DNA from: Octopus sinensis
Lineage: Eukaryota
DNA: 64,000 nt
Reading direction: 5' to 3'
NCBI RefSeq assembly: GCF_006345805.1
Contig: NC_043025.1
Span: forward strand, 9,548,001-9,612,000
This document shows, one piece after another, positions 1 to 11,029 of the stretch. The position numbers were made by a program, and so were the translations under genes. Position 1 is the stretch's first letter. Every line of letters starts with the position of its first letter. Under the pieces are notes generated by a model, which was not told the origin of the DNA, searched no databases, and saw nothing but the letters and a program-made list of their open reading frames with translations.

Positions 1-1010
1 GGTAGAGTAATATGCTTTATTTAAAGCAACAGAAAATTCAACAAAACCTGTTACTCTGGTTTCCCGTTGCCGTTCATCGGCTGTACCCTAAAATACCACA
101 TATTCTATGCACTTTAGAAATGATTCCTGATGGACAAGGGACTTTCAAAGTCTTCATATTCTTAACTGCTGCCAAGAAGAATGGTTGGACCCTCACTTAT
201 GTTCACATTCGGACAGCTCTCTCACATTTAGTAGCCTTCCATATTTGCAAACCGTCTATGTTGTGGGGTACATTCTTCGCCTGGGAAGGTTTTGGCATTT
301 ATAAGCAGCCATCTTTCCCTTTTTCTGGTGAAGATGTAGTCAATTTGGCTAGTGTGTCTGCCAGAACGGTAGGTGACTAGGTGACTGGCAGGTTTCTTGA
401 AGTTAGTATTGCAAACCATAAGATCGTTTGCATCGCAGAACTCCAGCAGCCTGGTTCCCTCCTCGTTGCGGGAACCAAAACCATAGCCTCCATGTACGCC
501 ATGGAATCCCCCTGTATGTTGTCCAACATGTCGATTAAGGTCACCAGCCACAAAGAGAAGGTCCCTATCATTCGTCAACGAGGTAGTCTGCAAGAGGGTG
601 TCATAGAATCGGTCTTTCTGTCCATCGGGTAGCCTCGGCTGAGGGGCATAGGCCAAGATAATGGTTGCTAACCCATAGTGAAGCACTAATCTAATCTTAA
701 GTATTCTGTCGCATACTCTGACTACCTCGATTACCTTATCCACCCATTTCTCAGCAAGAAGTATACTCACTCCCCTGACCCCGTCAGTGTTTCCTGCCCA
801 GGAAATCTTGTACCTGTGTTCTTTGCCTGTGAGGAACCTAGCGGAACCTCCTCTCCACCTTACTTCTTGGATGCAGCACATATCAACACATCTCTGTTCG
901 AGCATCTCAACAATCTCACCAGACCTACCTGTCAGTGTGCCGACGTTGAGAGTGGGTGTGGGAGGTATGAGCCCTTGAGACCCTGGGAGTGAGAGCAGTA
1001 GCTTCATGTA
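1..1010 (-). mobile_element. RTE-clade LINE fragment: AP endonuclease domain, internally deleted, followed by degraded start of RT
   Basis: ORF 228-1007 has APE motifs (LNVGTL, CIQEVRW, AYAPQ, GDLN, IDYIF). Bases ~100-180 read KNMKTLKVPCPSGII, like the RT start MKTGKAPSPSGV at 27538. Confidence 0.85.
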
Positions 1011-1397
1011 CCTGAAAAGAAAACTTGCATTTGGCAGAATTCATAAGCAAACAATAACCTTCTGCTCAACCTGCATACACTACACCATCATATTTTTGCA
1101 CTTTATGATCACTACCTTACATAGGAGATAACTCTAAATAGGGGTAGAGATAGCGTAAAGCCTTTAGAAGTGTTCATGGGAGACAACCAAAGGATGACAA
1201 AGGATAGGAACTTCCGGTACAGGTGGAGGGCAGGCGCACCGCGAACTAGGAAGTTTAGACGAGAGCATCTTCTGTGTGATAAACTTTAATGGATGAATGA
1301 GTGAATGAATATGTTGCAGTTAAGGAAATACGTCAACTAAGGTTATCTTAAGGGAACAACAAGAAAAATGAAACCATTTAAAACTATATTTACATGA

Positions 1398-1578
1398 TAG
1401 GCACAGGAGTGGCTGTGTGGTAAGTGGTAAGTAGCTTGCTAACCAACCACATATTTCCGGGTTCAGTCCCACTGCGTGGCACCTTGGGCAAGTGTCTTCT
1501 GCTATAGCCCCGGGCCGACCAATGCCCTGTGAGTGGATTTGGTAGACGGAAACTGGAAGAAGCCTGTTGTATATATGT

Positions 1579-1626
<48 letters not shown>

Positions 1627-2030
1627 CATATATATAATATATATATAGGCGCAGGAGTGGCTGTGTGGTAAGTAGCATGCTAACCAACCACATAGTTCCG
1701 GGTTCAGTCCCACTGCGTGGCACCTTGCTATAGCCCCGGCCGACCAATGCCTTGTGAGTGGATTTGGTAGACAGAAACTGAAAGAAGCCCGTCGTATATA
1801 TGTATGTGTGTGTGTATGCGTTTGTGTGTCTGTGTTTGTCCCCCTAACATTGCTTAACAACCGATGCTGGTGTGTTTACGTCCCCGTCACCTAGCGGTTC
1901 AGCAAAAAGAGACCGATAGAATAAGTACTGGGCTTACAAAAAGAATAAGTCCCGGGATCGATTTGCTCGACTAAAGGCGGTGCTCCAGCATGGCCGCAGC
2001 CAAATGACTGAAACAAGTAAAAGAAGAAAG
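1398..2030 (+). mobile_element. SINE family A (tRNA-derived): head-only copy plus full copy
   Basis: Head ggcgcaggagtggctgtgtggtaag...ggttcagtcccactg, central (TA)n/(TG)n, tail ...gactgaaacaagtaaaagag; recurs across the window. Confidence 0.85.
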
Positions 2031-2245
2031 AAGAAGAATGATGACACGGTACTGAAATAGATAGAATAATGGAAAAGAACTAACAAGGGGTTTATGATCC
2101 CCGCAGAAATAGAAGAGTAGATGAAACAAGGTTGAAAAGACAAACTTCTTATCTGAGCATCTTCTGGGATTCTGTGTGTGTGTCTATATGTATATGTGTA
2201 CGAGGGTGTTTTTTTTCTTCTCAAAGTCTCAACTTTTGATATACT

Positions 2246-2578
2246 CTTTCTCTTTACTCTTTTTCTTGTTTCAGTCAATTGACTGCGGCCATGCTGGAGC
2301 ACCGCCTTTAGTCGAGCAAATCGACCCCGGGACTTATTCTTTGTAAGCCCAGTACTTATTCTATCGGTCTCTTTTGCCGAACCGCTAAGTTACGGGGACG
2401 TAAACACACCAGCATCGGTTGTCAAGCAATGCTAGGGGGACAAACACACACACACATACATTGGTCGGCCCGGGGCTATAGCAGAAGACACTTGCCCAAG
2501 ATGCCACGCAGTGGGACTGAACCCGGAACCATGTGGTTGTTTAGCAAGCTACTTACCACACAGCCACTCCTGCGCCTA
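2246..2578 (-). mobile_element. SINE family A, inserted in the left arm of a foldback
   Basis: Reverse complement of family A with an internal deletion. Confidence 0.85.
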
Positions 2579-2582
2579 TCTG

Positions 2583-2822
2583 TATAAATTCTGATGCCAT
2601 GCCAGAAATTAGTTTTGTGTTATTTTTATACAGAAATAGCAAATAATTCGTTCTGACAACTCTGTGACTTATAAGTACTTATATTATGGGGAAATTATGC
2701 TACGCTGATCCCAGTAATATAAATATATAGAAATTCGCAGAGTTGTCAGAATGAATTATTTGCTATTTCTATTTAAAAATAACACGAAACTAATTTGTGG
2801 CATGACATCAGAATTTATATAG
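2583..2822. repeat. Foldback (arms ~80 bp); outer arms at ~2219-2240 and ~2828-2846
   Basis: tataaattctgatg...ctgacaactctg is inverted as cagagttgtcag...catcagaatttata; ctcaaagtctcaactttt pairs with aaaagttgagactttgag. Confidence 0.8.
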
Positions 2823-2899
2823 ATTTCAAAAGTTGAGACTTTGAGAAAAAGATAAACAGTCTTACATACATGCACACACACATATATACACACACGTGC

Positions 2900-2949
<50 letters not shown>

Positions 2950-2952
<3 letters not shown>

Positions 2953-3169
2953 TCTTTACTCTTTTACTTGTTTCAGTCATTTGACTGCGGCCATGCTGGA
3001 ACACTGCCTTTAGTCGAGCAAATTGACCCCAGAACTTATTCGTTGTAAGCCCAGTACTTATTCTATCGGTCTCTTTTGCCGAACCGCTAAGTGACGGGGA
3101 CGTAAACACACCAGCATCAGTTGTCGAGCGATGTTGGGAGGACAAACACAGACACACAAACACACACAC

Positions 3170-3224
<55 letters not shown>

Positions 3225-3381
3225 TACGACGGGCTTCTTTCAGTTTCTGTCTACCAAATCCACTCACAAGGCATTGGTCGGCCCGAGGCTATAGTAGAAG
3301 ACACTTGCCCAAAATGCCATGCAGTGGGACTGAACCCGGAACCATGTGGTTGGTAAGCAAGCTACTTACCACACAGCCACT

Positions 3382-3385
<4 letters not shown>
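2950..3385 (-). mobile_element. SINE family A, full length
   Basis: Head, (TA)n core and tail all present. Confidence 0.85.
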
Positions 3386-3417
<32 letters not shown>

Positions 3418-3420
<3 letters not shown>

Positions 3421-3560
3421 AGAGTTTACGAAAAAAACAAAAAACGAAGACAGGTGGTGTACAAAGCAAACAGATGTATTAGTATAATGCTCAGGAATAG
3501 AAAGAAGTCTTTTACGTTTCGAGCCTACGCTCTTCTACAGAAAGGGACACAGAAAAAATA
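3418..3560 (-). mobile_element. Short Penelope-like terminal element with minimal hammerhead-like motif
   Basis: Minus strand: ttt CTGTAGA A GAGC gtag GCTC GAAAC GTA AAAGAC; second copy at ~60283-60470. Confidence 0.5.
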
Positions 3561-3605
3561 TGTGTGTAGTGGCTAACGATCTATCATGGCGTTATATACA
3601 TATAT

Positions 3606-3722
3606 ATATTAACTTATTTATTTATTAAAATGATAATTATAAAAACATACATACATATAGTGTATTATGCTCTATGTATGCATGTTATTATAATTATCAT
3701 TTTAATAAATAAATAAGTTAAT
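3606..3722. repeat. AT-rich foldback
   Basis: aacttatttatttattaaaatgataattata is inverted perfectly as tataattatcattttaataaataaataagtt. Confidence 0.85.
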
Positions 3723-3761
3723 ATTTTAATGTCCTGAAGTTGATGAACCAACTATTGTTCT

Positions 3762-4123
3762 CCTCCATTTTCTTATTTGTAATATAAATTAATGGTAAAA
3801 TATTTCTTTACCTTCACCCATTTAATACACAAGGTAAGTTAATTGCAATGCAACAGTATATTGGATAGATATTATCCCTGAGTGAGTTGGACTAACAACC
3901 CCTAACTTACTCGGAGTTATATATATATTTAAAATGAGATAGGGGTTGTAAATTCAACCCTCCATGGGATAACATATATCCAATATACTGCTAGAGAAGT
4001 ACCCAACATAGCTAATACATAAATGTTAAAAATTGCGATGCAGTTAATTCATCTACTGTATTATGTGGGCAAAGGTAAAATTATTTTTACCGTAAATTAA
4101 TAATACAAAATGAGAAAATGGAG
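3762..4123. repeat. Nested imperfect foldback (MITE-like)
   Basis: Outer arms ctccattttcttatttgt... / ...acaaaatgagaaaatggag; inner arms cagtatattggata... / ...tatccaatatactg. Confidence 0.7.
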
Positions 4124-4221
4124 AAATATATCTAAATCAATCATCAACCATCAGATAATACCCAATCAATACATTATTAAACCATTACACAATAGCAATA
4201 TATATATATATATACACTTTG

Positions 4222-4690
4222 AATTGGTTTCAGGAATTACAACCGTGTTTCGTGGTCTGCTACCACAACACCTCCTTTATAGGATCCAGTTAGCTCAAGA
4301 CATCATCAGGAGGAACCACGTCCGGTTTTGGCCCCTAATCCTCAACTGTTTTGACGTGGCGGGGCCCTTCCTTTCGGAGGTGTCTTCAGCTCTGGTGTTG
4401 GGTGGTTCAGTCCCACTGCTTAGCACCCTAGGCAAGCATCTTCTACTTTATCCCCAGATTGGTGAACTTGGTAAATGGAAACTAAAAGAATCCTCTCATA
4501 TATATACTGAGGAATTTCAACCGTGTTTCGTGGTCTGCTACCACAACAGCTCCTTTATAGGATCCAGTTAGCTCAAGACATCATCAGGAGGAACCATGTC
4601 CGGTTTTGGCCCTTACTCCTCTACCGTTTTGACGTGGCGGCCCCCCCCCCCCCTTTCGGAGGTGTCTTCAGCTCTGGTGTTGGGTGCATG
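4222..4690. repeat. Two direct copies of a ~165-bp segment (~4228-4400 and ~4518-4683), LTR-like
   Basis: caaccgtgtttcgtggtctgctaccacaac...gtcttcagctctggtgttgggt occurs twice, with a SINE-head remnant between. Confidence 0.8.
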
Positions 4691-5259
4691 TCTTCTTTCT
4701 ACTGTTCCCTGGCCTCTTCGATGTGTCGTCAGCGAGTATCAGCCAGTGACTGATTGACTTGTCAAATTTTTCCCTTTAAATACCTGCCGCTAGGCTCCAA
4801 CAGGCAGACCTAGCATGTTGTCACGTGACACTGTCTCACCTTAACTGACTGGTGAAGGCGCGTAGTTTTAGCTCGCGCATTCTCTAAACGACCGTCACCT
4901 GTCAGTCAGCGAAGCTGCTTCAGTGTCAGCTTGTCTCACCTAGTGATGTTATTTCCCTCGGGCGTGGTATGACTTTCAAGCCCTTTTTGGTCTTCCCGCT
5001 TCAGCCATATATAGAAGCTGGCCTTTTCGACCGCAAGTTTTGCAGATCTCTAACAAGAGCCTAACTTCTCTAGGTTTCTGAAATGCCAAAATAGAGAGAT
5101 CCAGCAAGTCCAAGATAGTTATTGGAAGATTGGCTGCTATTGGTCAAGGAGGGTCACGTGGAACTGAAGTGAATAATGTCAATTTATTAGTGACACCAGT
5201 TCAATCAAAAAGGGAAGTTTCTTTGACCGTGTTGCCAGACCTCAAACTAGTGGTGTCAG

Positions 5260-5772
5260 TGTGTCTGGATAGAAAAGTCCAACGTAAAAAGCACCATCCG
5301 AACGTGGCCGATGCCAGCGCCGCCCTGACTGGCTTCTGTGTCGGTGGCACGTAAAAAGCACCAACCGATCGTGGCCGCTGCCAGCCTCCCCTGGCACGTA
5401 AAAAGTACCCTCTTCATTCATGGAGTGGTTGGCGTTAGGAAGGGCATCCAGCTGTAGAAACACTGCCAGATCAGATTGGAGTCTGGTGTCGCTGGCACGT
5501 AAAAGCACCCACTACACTCTCGGAGTGGTTGGCGTTAGGAGGGGCATCCAGCTGTAGAAACACTGCCAGATCAGATTGGAGTCTGGTGTCGCTGGCACGT
5601 AAAAGCACCCACTACACTCTCGGAGTGGTTGGCGTTAGGAGGGGCATTCAGCTGTAGAAACACTGCCAGATCAGACTGGAGCCTGGTGCAGCCTCCTGGC
5701 TTCCCAGACCCCGGTCGAACCGTCCGACCCGATCAAGCACGGAAAACAGACGTTAAACGATGATGATGATGA
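5260..5772 (+). mobile_element. RTE 3' UTR with (GAT)n tail and a triplicated ~120-bp segment
   Basis: ggagtggttggcgttaggaagggcatccagctgtagaaac x3; ends cgttaaacgatgatgat. Confidence 0.75.
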
Positions 5773-5774
5773 TA

Positions 5775-6112
5775 TATGTAACATATATAAATTGACCTTG
5801 GTGGAATTTGAACTCAGAACATAGCGACGGGCAAAATATCACTTAACATTTCGTCCAACACACTAACAATTCTACCAGCTGCCACTTTAATAATAATAAT
5901 AATCCTTTTTATTATAGGCACAAAGCCTGAAATTTGGGGAAGGGGGCTGGTCAATTACATAGATCCCATGATTCAAACGGTACTTAATTTAGCGACCCCT
6001 AAAGAAAGAAAGGTAAAGTCGACCTTGGTGGAATTTGAACTCAGAATGTAGCGACAGGCAAAATACCACTTAGCATTTTGTCCAGCACACTAATGATTCT
6101 GCCAGTAGCTGC
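5775..6112 (-). mobile_element. SINE family B fragments
   Basis: gaccttggtggaatttgaactcagaa motif twice. Confidence 0.7.
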
Positions 6113-6113
6113 C

Positions 6114-6151
<38 letters not shown>

Positions 6152-6154
<3 letters not shown>

Positions 6155-6533
6155 ACCGGCAGATGACAACGTGTCTCTAAAAGAAATGGAGAAACTCTCA
6201 AAATACAAAGACCTGGAAATAGAGGTAACTAGAATGTGGAATCTAAAAACAGAAACAATTCCTATCATAGTAGGTGCATTAGGCATGATAAAAAATATTC
6301 AGACAAATACATAACAAAAACACCGGGACTTACAAACACATATAACATACAGAAAATTGCACTACTAGGCACTGCACACATCCTACGCAGAACACTTTCC
6401 ATACAATAACCATCAGAGCATCACAACAAATCACAGCACATACCCAAGGCACACAGAGCTGCGCTTGGTAGTGAAGTGAAAGCACGCTATAAAAATAAAA
6501 CTACTGAATAATAATAATAATAATAATAATAAT
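6152..6533 (+). mobile_element. 5'-truncated R4/Dong-like LINE (restriction-like endonuclease C-terminus) inside (TAA)n
   Basis: KEMEKLSKYKDLEIEVTRMW...PIIVGALG, then after a frameshift QKIALLGTAHILRRTLSIQ*; (TAA)n on both sides. Confidence 0.75.
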
Positions 6534-6734
6534 CATTAAAGACTTAAAGAACTAAAGAATTTTGTTAAAATCCTCTCCATTTGGGGTTTTGGGAAAATAA
6601 TGCTACTTCATTTTTTATTTTATTTTGCAATCAGAAATTTTAAAATTTTCTAATTTTTTTTTATAAATTCATCATTATTTTTTTGTTGTTGTTGTCTGAA
6701 GAACATGGATAATTGTCTTCAGGGATCAACTTAC

Positions 6735-6755
6735 ATTTCAATTTCTACTTCATTT
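6735..6755 (-). CDS. Candidate 21-bp micro-exon (phase 2-2), (R)NEVEIE
   Basis: ttgttatttcag|AAATGAAGTAGAAATTGAAAT|gtaagt; frame-compatible with the 7993-8074 candidate. No homology recognised. Confidence 0.25.
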
Positions 6756-7254
6756 CTGAAATAACAAATTATTCTCGAGAAATTTGCCAAAATATGTAAA
6801 TCAGCAAATAAATAAATAAATAATAAATTATAATACTAATAATAAATTGAGTCGGATTATTAGGGATCAATTTCCAATTTCACTTTTGAATTTGCAAGAA
6901 ATTTTTCAAAGGAATACCAAAAACGAATTCAAAGATGTCTGACATTAAAATAGCATTTAAACAAAATAAATAAATAAAACGAATAAAAAACACTCGAAAA
7001 ATTTAATTCAAACACCATTCCACCTCAATTTTTGTGAAAAAAAGCCAAAAAAAAAAAAAAACGATTTTTCTATTTTTTATTGTATTTCTGTGTGGTTAAC
7101 AAGCTTGTTTTAGAATAACATGGTCACAGGTTCAGTTCCACTGCTCGGCATGTTGGCCAAGCGTCTTCTTCTGTAGCGTCAGGCTGACTGAAGCCTTCTG
7201 AAGGGGTTTGGTAAACAGACAGAAACTGCCAGGAAGCCTGTTGTTTGTATACTC

Positions 7255-7665
7255 TCTACTCTTTTACTCTTTTACTTGTTTCAGTCAGTTGACTGCGGCC
7301 ATGCTGGAGCACCGCCTTTAGTCGAGCAACTCGACCCCGGGACTTATTCTTTGTAAGCCCAGTACTTATTTTATCGGTCTCTTTTGCCGAACCGCTAAGT
7401 GACGGGGACATAAACACACCAGCATCGGTTCTCAAGCAATGCTAGGAGGACAAACACAGACACATAAACACACACACACACACATATATATATACATATA
7501 TACGACCGGCTTCTTTCAGTTTCCGTCTACCAAATCCACTCACAAGGTTTGGTCGGCCCAAGGCTATAGTAGAAGACACTTGCCCAAGGTGCCACGCAGT
7601 GGGACTGAACCCGGAACCATGTAGTTGGTTAGCAAGCTACTTACCACACAGCCACTCCTGCGCCT
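7255..7665 (-). mobile_element. SINE family A, full length
   Basis: Matches the other family A copies. Confidence 0.85.
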
Positions 7666-7992
7666 ATGTGTGTATTTCTGCATCTATGTATCTGTGTTTG
7701 TCCCCTACCATTGCTTGACAAACGGTGCTGGTTTGTTTACATCTCCGTAACTTAACGGTTTGACAAAAGTGACCGATAGAATAAGTGCCAAATTAAAAAA
7801 AAAAAAAAAATAAAATACAGGTGTCAATTTTTTCAATGGGAATATAAACAAACCAACATCGTAGTATGTCGGTACCCACATACTACAAGTTAGTACAACA
7901 TACTAAGAGGAACTCAGTGTATGTAGTGAGATCCCTTTTTACACCAAACACCTGAGGTGATACAAACTACTGATTAATGCACAACATTTTAC

Positions 7993-8074
7993 CTGTAGGG
8001 GACAGCTGCAGCATGAATGAAAACAATTGTCATGAATAAAGATTCGTACCAAATCCATTTTCCATTTCCCCCAT
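7993..8074 (-). CDS. Candidate 82-bp exon, xGGNGKWIWYESLFMTIVFIHAAAVPY(R)
   Basis: cttataacag| ... CTACAG|gtaaaa; open frame with a hydrophobic, signal-peptide- or TM-like segment in non-repetitive DNA. Confidence 0.3.
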
Positions 8075-8199
8075 CTGTTATAAGCTAAGTGGAGGCATAT
8101 GGCCTAGTGGTTAGAGCAGTGGGCTTGCAATCGAGGAATTGCGGGTTTGAATTTCAGACCAGGCGATGTGTGTGTTTATGAGCAAAACACCTATTTGTT

Positions 8200-8605
8200 T
8201 ACTACCCACAAGGGGCTAAACACAGAGGGGACGAACAAGGACAGACAAACGGATTAAGTCAATTATATCGACCCCCCAGTGTGTAAGTGGTACTTAATTT
8301 ATTGACCCCGAAAGGATGAAAGCAAAGTCGACCTCGGCGGAATTTGAACTCAGAACGTAGCGGCAGACGAAATACCCATTTCTTTACTACCCACAAGGGG
8401 CTAAACACAGAGGGGACGAACAAGGACAGACAAAGGGATTAAGTCGATTATATCGACCCCCAGTGCGTAACTGGTACTTAATTTATCGACCCCGAAAGGA
8501 TGAAAGCAAAGTCGACCTCGGCGGAATTTGAACTCAGAATGTAACGGCAGACGAAATACGGCTATGCATTTCGCCCGGCATGCTAATGTTTCTGCCAACT
8601 CGCCG
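8200..8605 (-). mobile_element. SINE family B, two tandem copies
   Basis: tttactacccacaaggggctaaacacagagggg...gtcgacctcggcggaatttgaac twice. Confidence 0.85.
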
Positions 8606-8807
8606 CTTTCCACACGGCTCTGGCAGAAGGTAATGGCAAACTTCCGCTGACTCTTTCGCCACAACTTTCTCTCGCTCTTTCCTCCTGCATCTTGCAGCTC
8701 ACCTGCGATGGACTGCATTTTGTGGCATTATTTCAAGCCAGCCAGCTTTTTTTGGCTCAAATTGCATGTGCATTTTTCTCACGTACGCGTAGTATCGATA
8801 ACAACAG

Positions 8808-9012
8808 CTGACGTACTTGCACATACAAATGTACGTTCCCATGGCTTTATCGATCGCATTTTCACCTGGAATCGAATTTTGTAATGTTTTCAAGACTTAT
8901 ACATGCCCTGATACTGTCGGTATCTACATATCAAATTTGAACGCAATTGGATGGAGGATGCCCGAGATCCTACAAGACACACAGACAGAACGGATTTTAT
9001 ATAATAGATATA
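8808..9012 (-). mobile_element. Helitron-like non-autonomous element end
   Basis: Homologous to ~20668-20878; caaatttgaacgcaattgg...acagacag...ttttatataataga; minus strand begins TC. Confidence 0.45.
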
Positions 9013-10010
9013 TAATGATGTTGATGATTACGACAATGATGATGAATAGGAGACCAAGCTAAAATTTATTGGGGAACAGACCAGCAATATGCAAATCTGG
9101 GCAAGCTTGACTTAACTTTTATGATGATGACAACGATGATGACAGGGATGAAGATAATAATGGTGATGATGATGTTGATGATAAGGCTGAAAACTGATGA
9201 TTCTGATGATGATGATAACATTCTTTGAGAGAGGGCATGTCATTGAGGAGGTCGCAAATAGCAATTAAAGAACTTAGATAAACAAGCGATTGATATACTG
9301 CAGTTAATTTGTTCAACTAAAAGGCTTCAAGGTGGTGCCCCAGCATGGCCACAGTCCAATGACTGAAACAAGTAAAAGATAAAAGATATACTGCGATTGA
9401 TTTCTTCAACTAAAAGACTTCAAGGTGGTGCCCCAGCATGGCCACAGTCCAATGAGTGAAACAAGTAAAAGATGAAAAATTAAGAAATACTACTTTGCTT
9501 GCTTCAATCACTGTACAGCAGCCATGATGGAAGAACCCCTTGTTGGCTAATTACTGCCTTTCACCAGCTATTTCTTTAAATTCTATGCCCAAAATATTTC
9601 TATGGAATTAAACAGAGATATGTGTGTGTAGAATGTCCATGTAGTTTAGTTTTTTGTTTTTGGGGTTTTTGTTTTTGTTTTTTTTAGGACTGATTGCTTT
9701 TTGAGAAAAACTCTATTTCAGTTGAATAATAATATCATGTGGTATTTTTGTGTGTCTTTTGTTTTCTGTTTCTCAGAAGCCATAATTGAGGAAATCCGTT
9801 TGGCATTTCCTATTTCCTCAATGCAAATGTCAGCAATTTCTCTTGTCAAGAGTCAATTGATAAAAATTTCATGTATCTATGTATGTATGGATATTCATTC
9901 AGTTTTATTTTTAGATCTCCAGCCAATAGAGTAAGAGCCGGTTTCTAACCTAGATCCAAGGCTCCTTCATTGGAATTTCAAGACAAAATCAAAAGCAAAC
10001 TCGATGAACA

Positions 10011-10245
10011 TTAACCCTTTCGTTACCAACCCGGCCAAAACCGGCTCTGGCTCTGTAGTACAAATGTCTTGTTTTCATAAGTTTTGAATTAAAATCTTCC
10101 ACCAAACCTTAGTCGCAATTTATGTTCCTAACATAAGGATAACTAAAGGATAACTAAATTATTTTACTAAATTCTTTGTTTTATTTAAAATTAATTGAAA
10201 GAAACACAGAGCATCTCAACAGAAATATGGTAACAAAAGGGTTAA
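10011..10245. mobile_element. TTAA-flanked (piggyBac-like) MITE, copy 1
   Basis: TTAACCCTTTCGTTACCA ... TGGTAACAAAAGGGTTAA: 18-bp inverted termini including TTAA, 1 mismatch. Confidence 0.85.
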
Positions 10246-10261
10246 ATTCACCATGATATTT

Positions 10262-10491
10262 TTAACCCTTTCGATACCAACCCTGCTGAAACTGGCTCCG
10301 GCTCTGTAGTACAAATGTCTTGTTTTCATAAGTTTTGAATTAAAATCTTCCACCAAACCTTAGTCGCAATTTATGTTCCTAACACTAGCTTAATGATAAC
10401 TAAGTTATTTTACTAAATTCTTTGTTATATTTAAAATCAATTGAAAGAAACACAGAGCATCTCAAAATAAATACGGTAACAAAAGGATTAA
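10262..10491. mobile_element. TTAA-flanked (piggyBac-like) MITE, copy 2
   Basis: TTAACCCTTTCGATACCA ... CGGTAACAAAAGGATTAA; interior similar to copy 1. Confidence 0.85.
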
Positions 10492-11029
10492 TGGAATTTG
10501 TAGTTTTGTGGTACCAGTGCCGGTGGCACATACGAAAACCATCCGAATGTGGCCGTAGCCAGTACCGCTTTGACTGGCCTCCATGCCGGTGGCACGTAAA
10601 AAACACCATCCGAGCGTGGCCGTTCGCCAGCCTCGTCTGGCACCTGTGTTGGTGGCACATAAAATCACCCACTACACTCTCGGAGTGGTTGGCGTTAGGA
10701 AGGGCATCCAGCCGTAGAAACACTGCCAGATCTGACTGGCCTGGTGCAGCCTTTGGGCTTCCCAGACCCCAGTTGAACCATCGAACCCATGCTAGCATGG
10801 AAAGCGGACGTTAAACGATGATGATGATGATGAACAACAGGGTATTTTTGTATGTATGTATGTGTGCAGATCTGTATGTTTTGCTTTATGCATATCTTCT
10901 CATGCATATAGTTGCACATCTAGACATGCTCATATATATTTAAATGATAAACTTCTGGAAAGTTTTACAGATTTTTACAGTTCCAGTGATGGATTGGATC
11001 TGTAGTCTTTGTAATTGAAACCTGCTATA

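Larger units (their letters stand above)
9983..10830 (+). mobile_element. RTE 3' UTR interrupted by two MITEs
   Basis: gatgaaca-TTAA and TTAA-tggaatttgtag rejoin the motif gatgaacatcaatggaatttgta seen in the 19.8-kb and 46.9-kb copies; (GAT)n tail. Confidence 0.8.
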
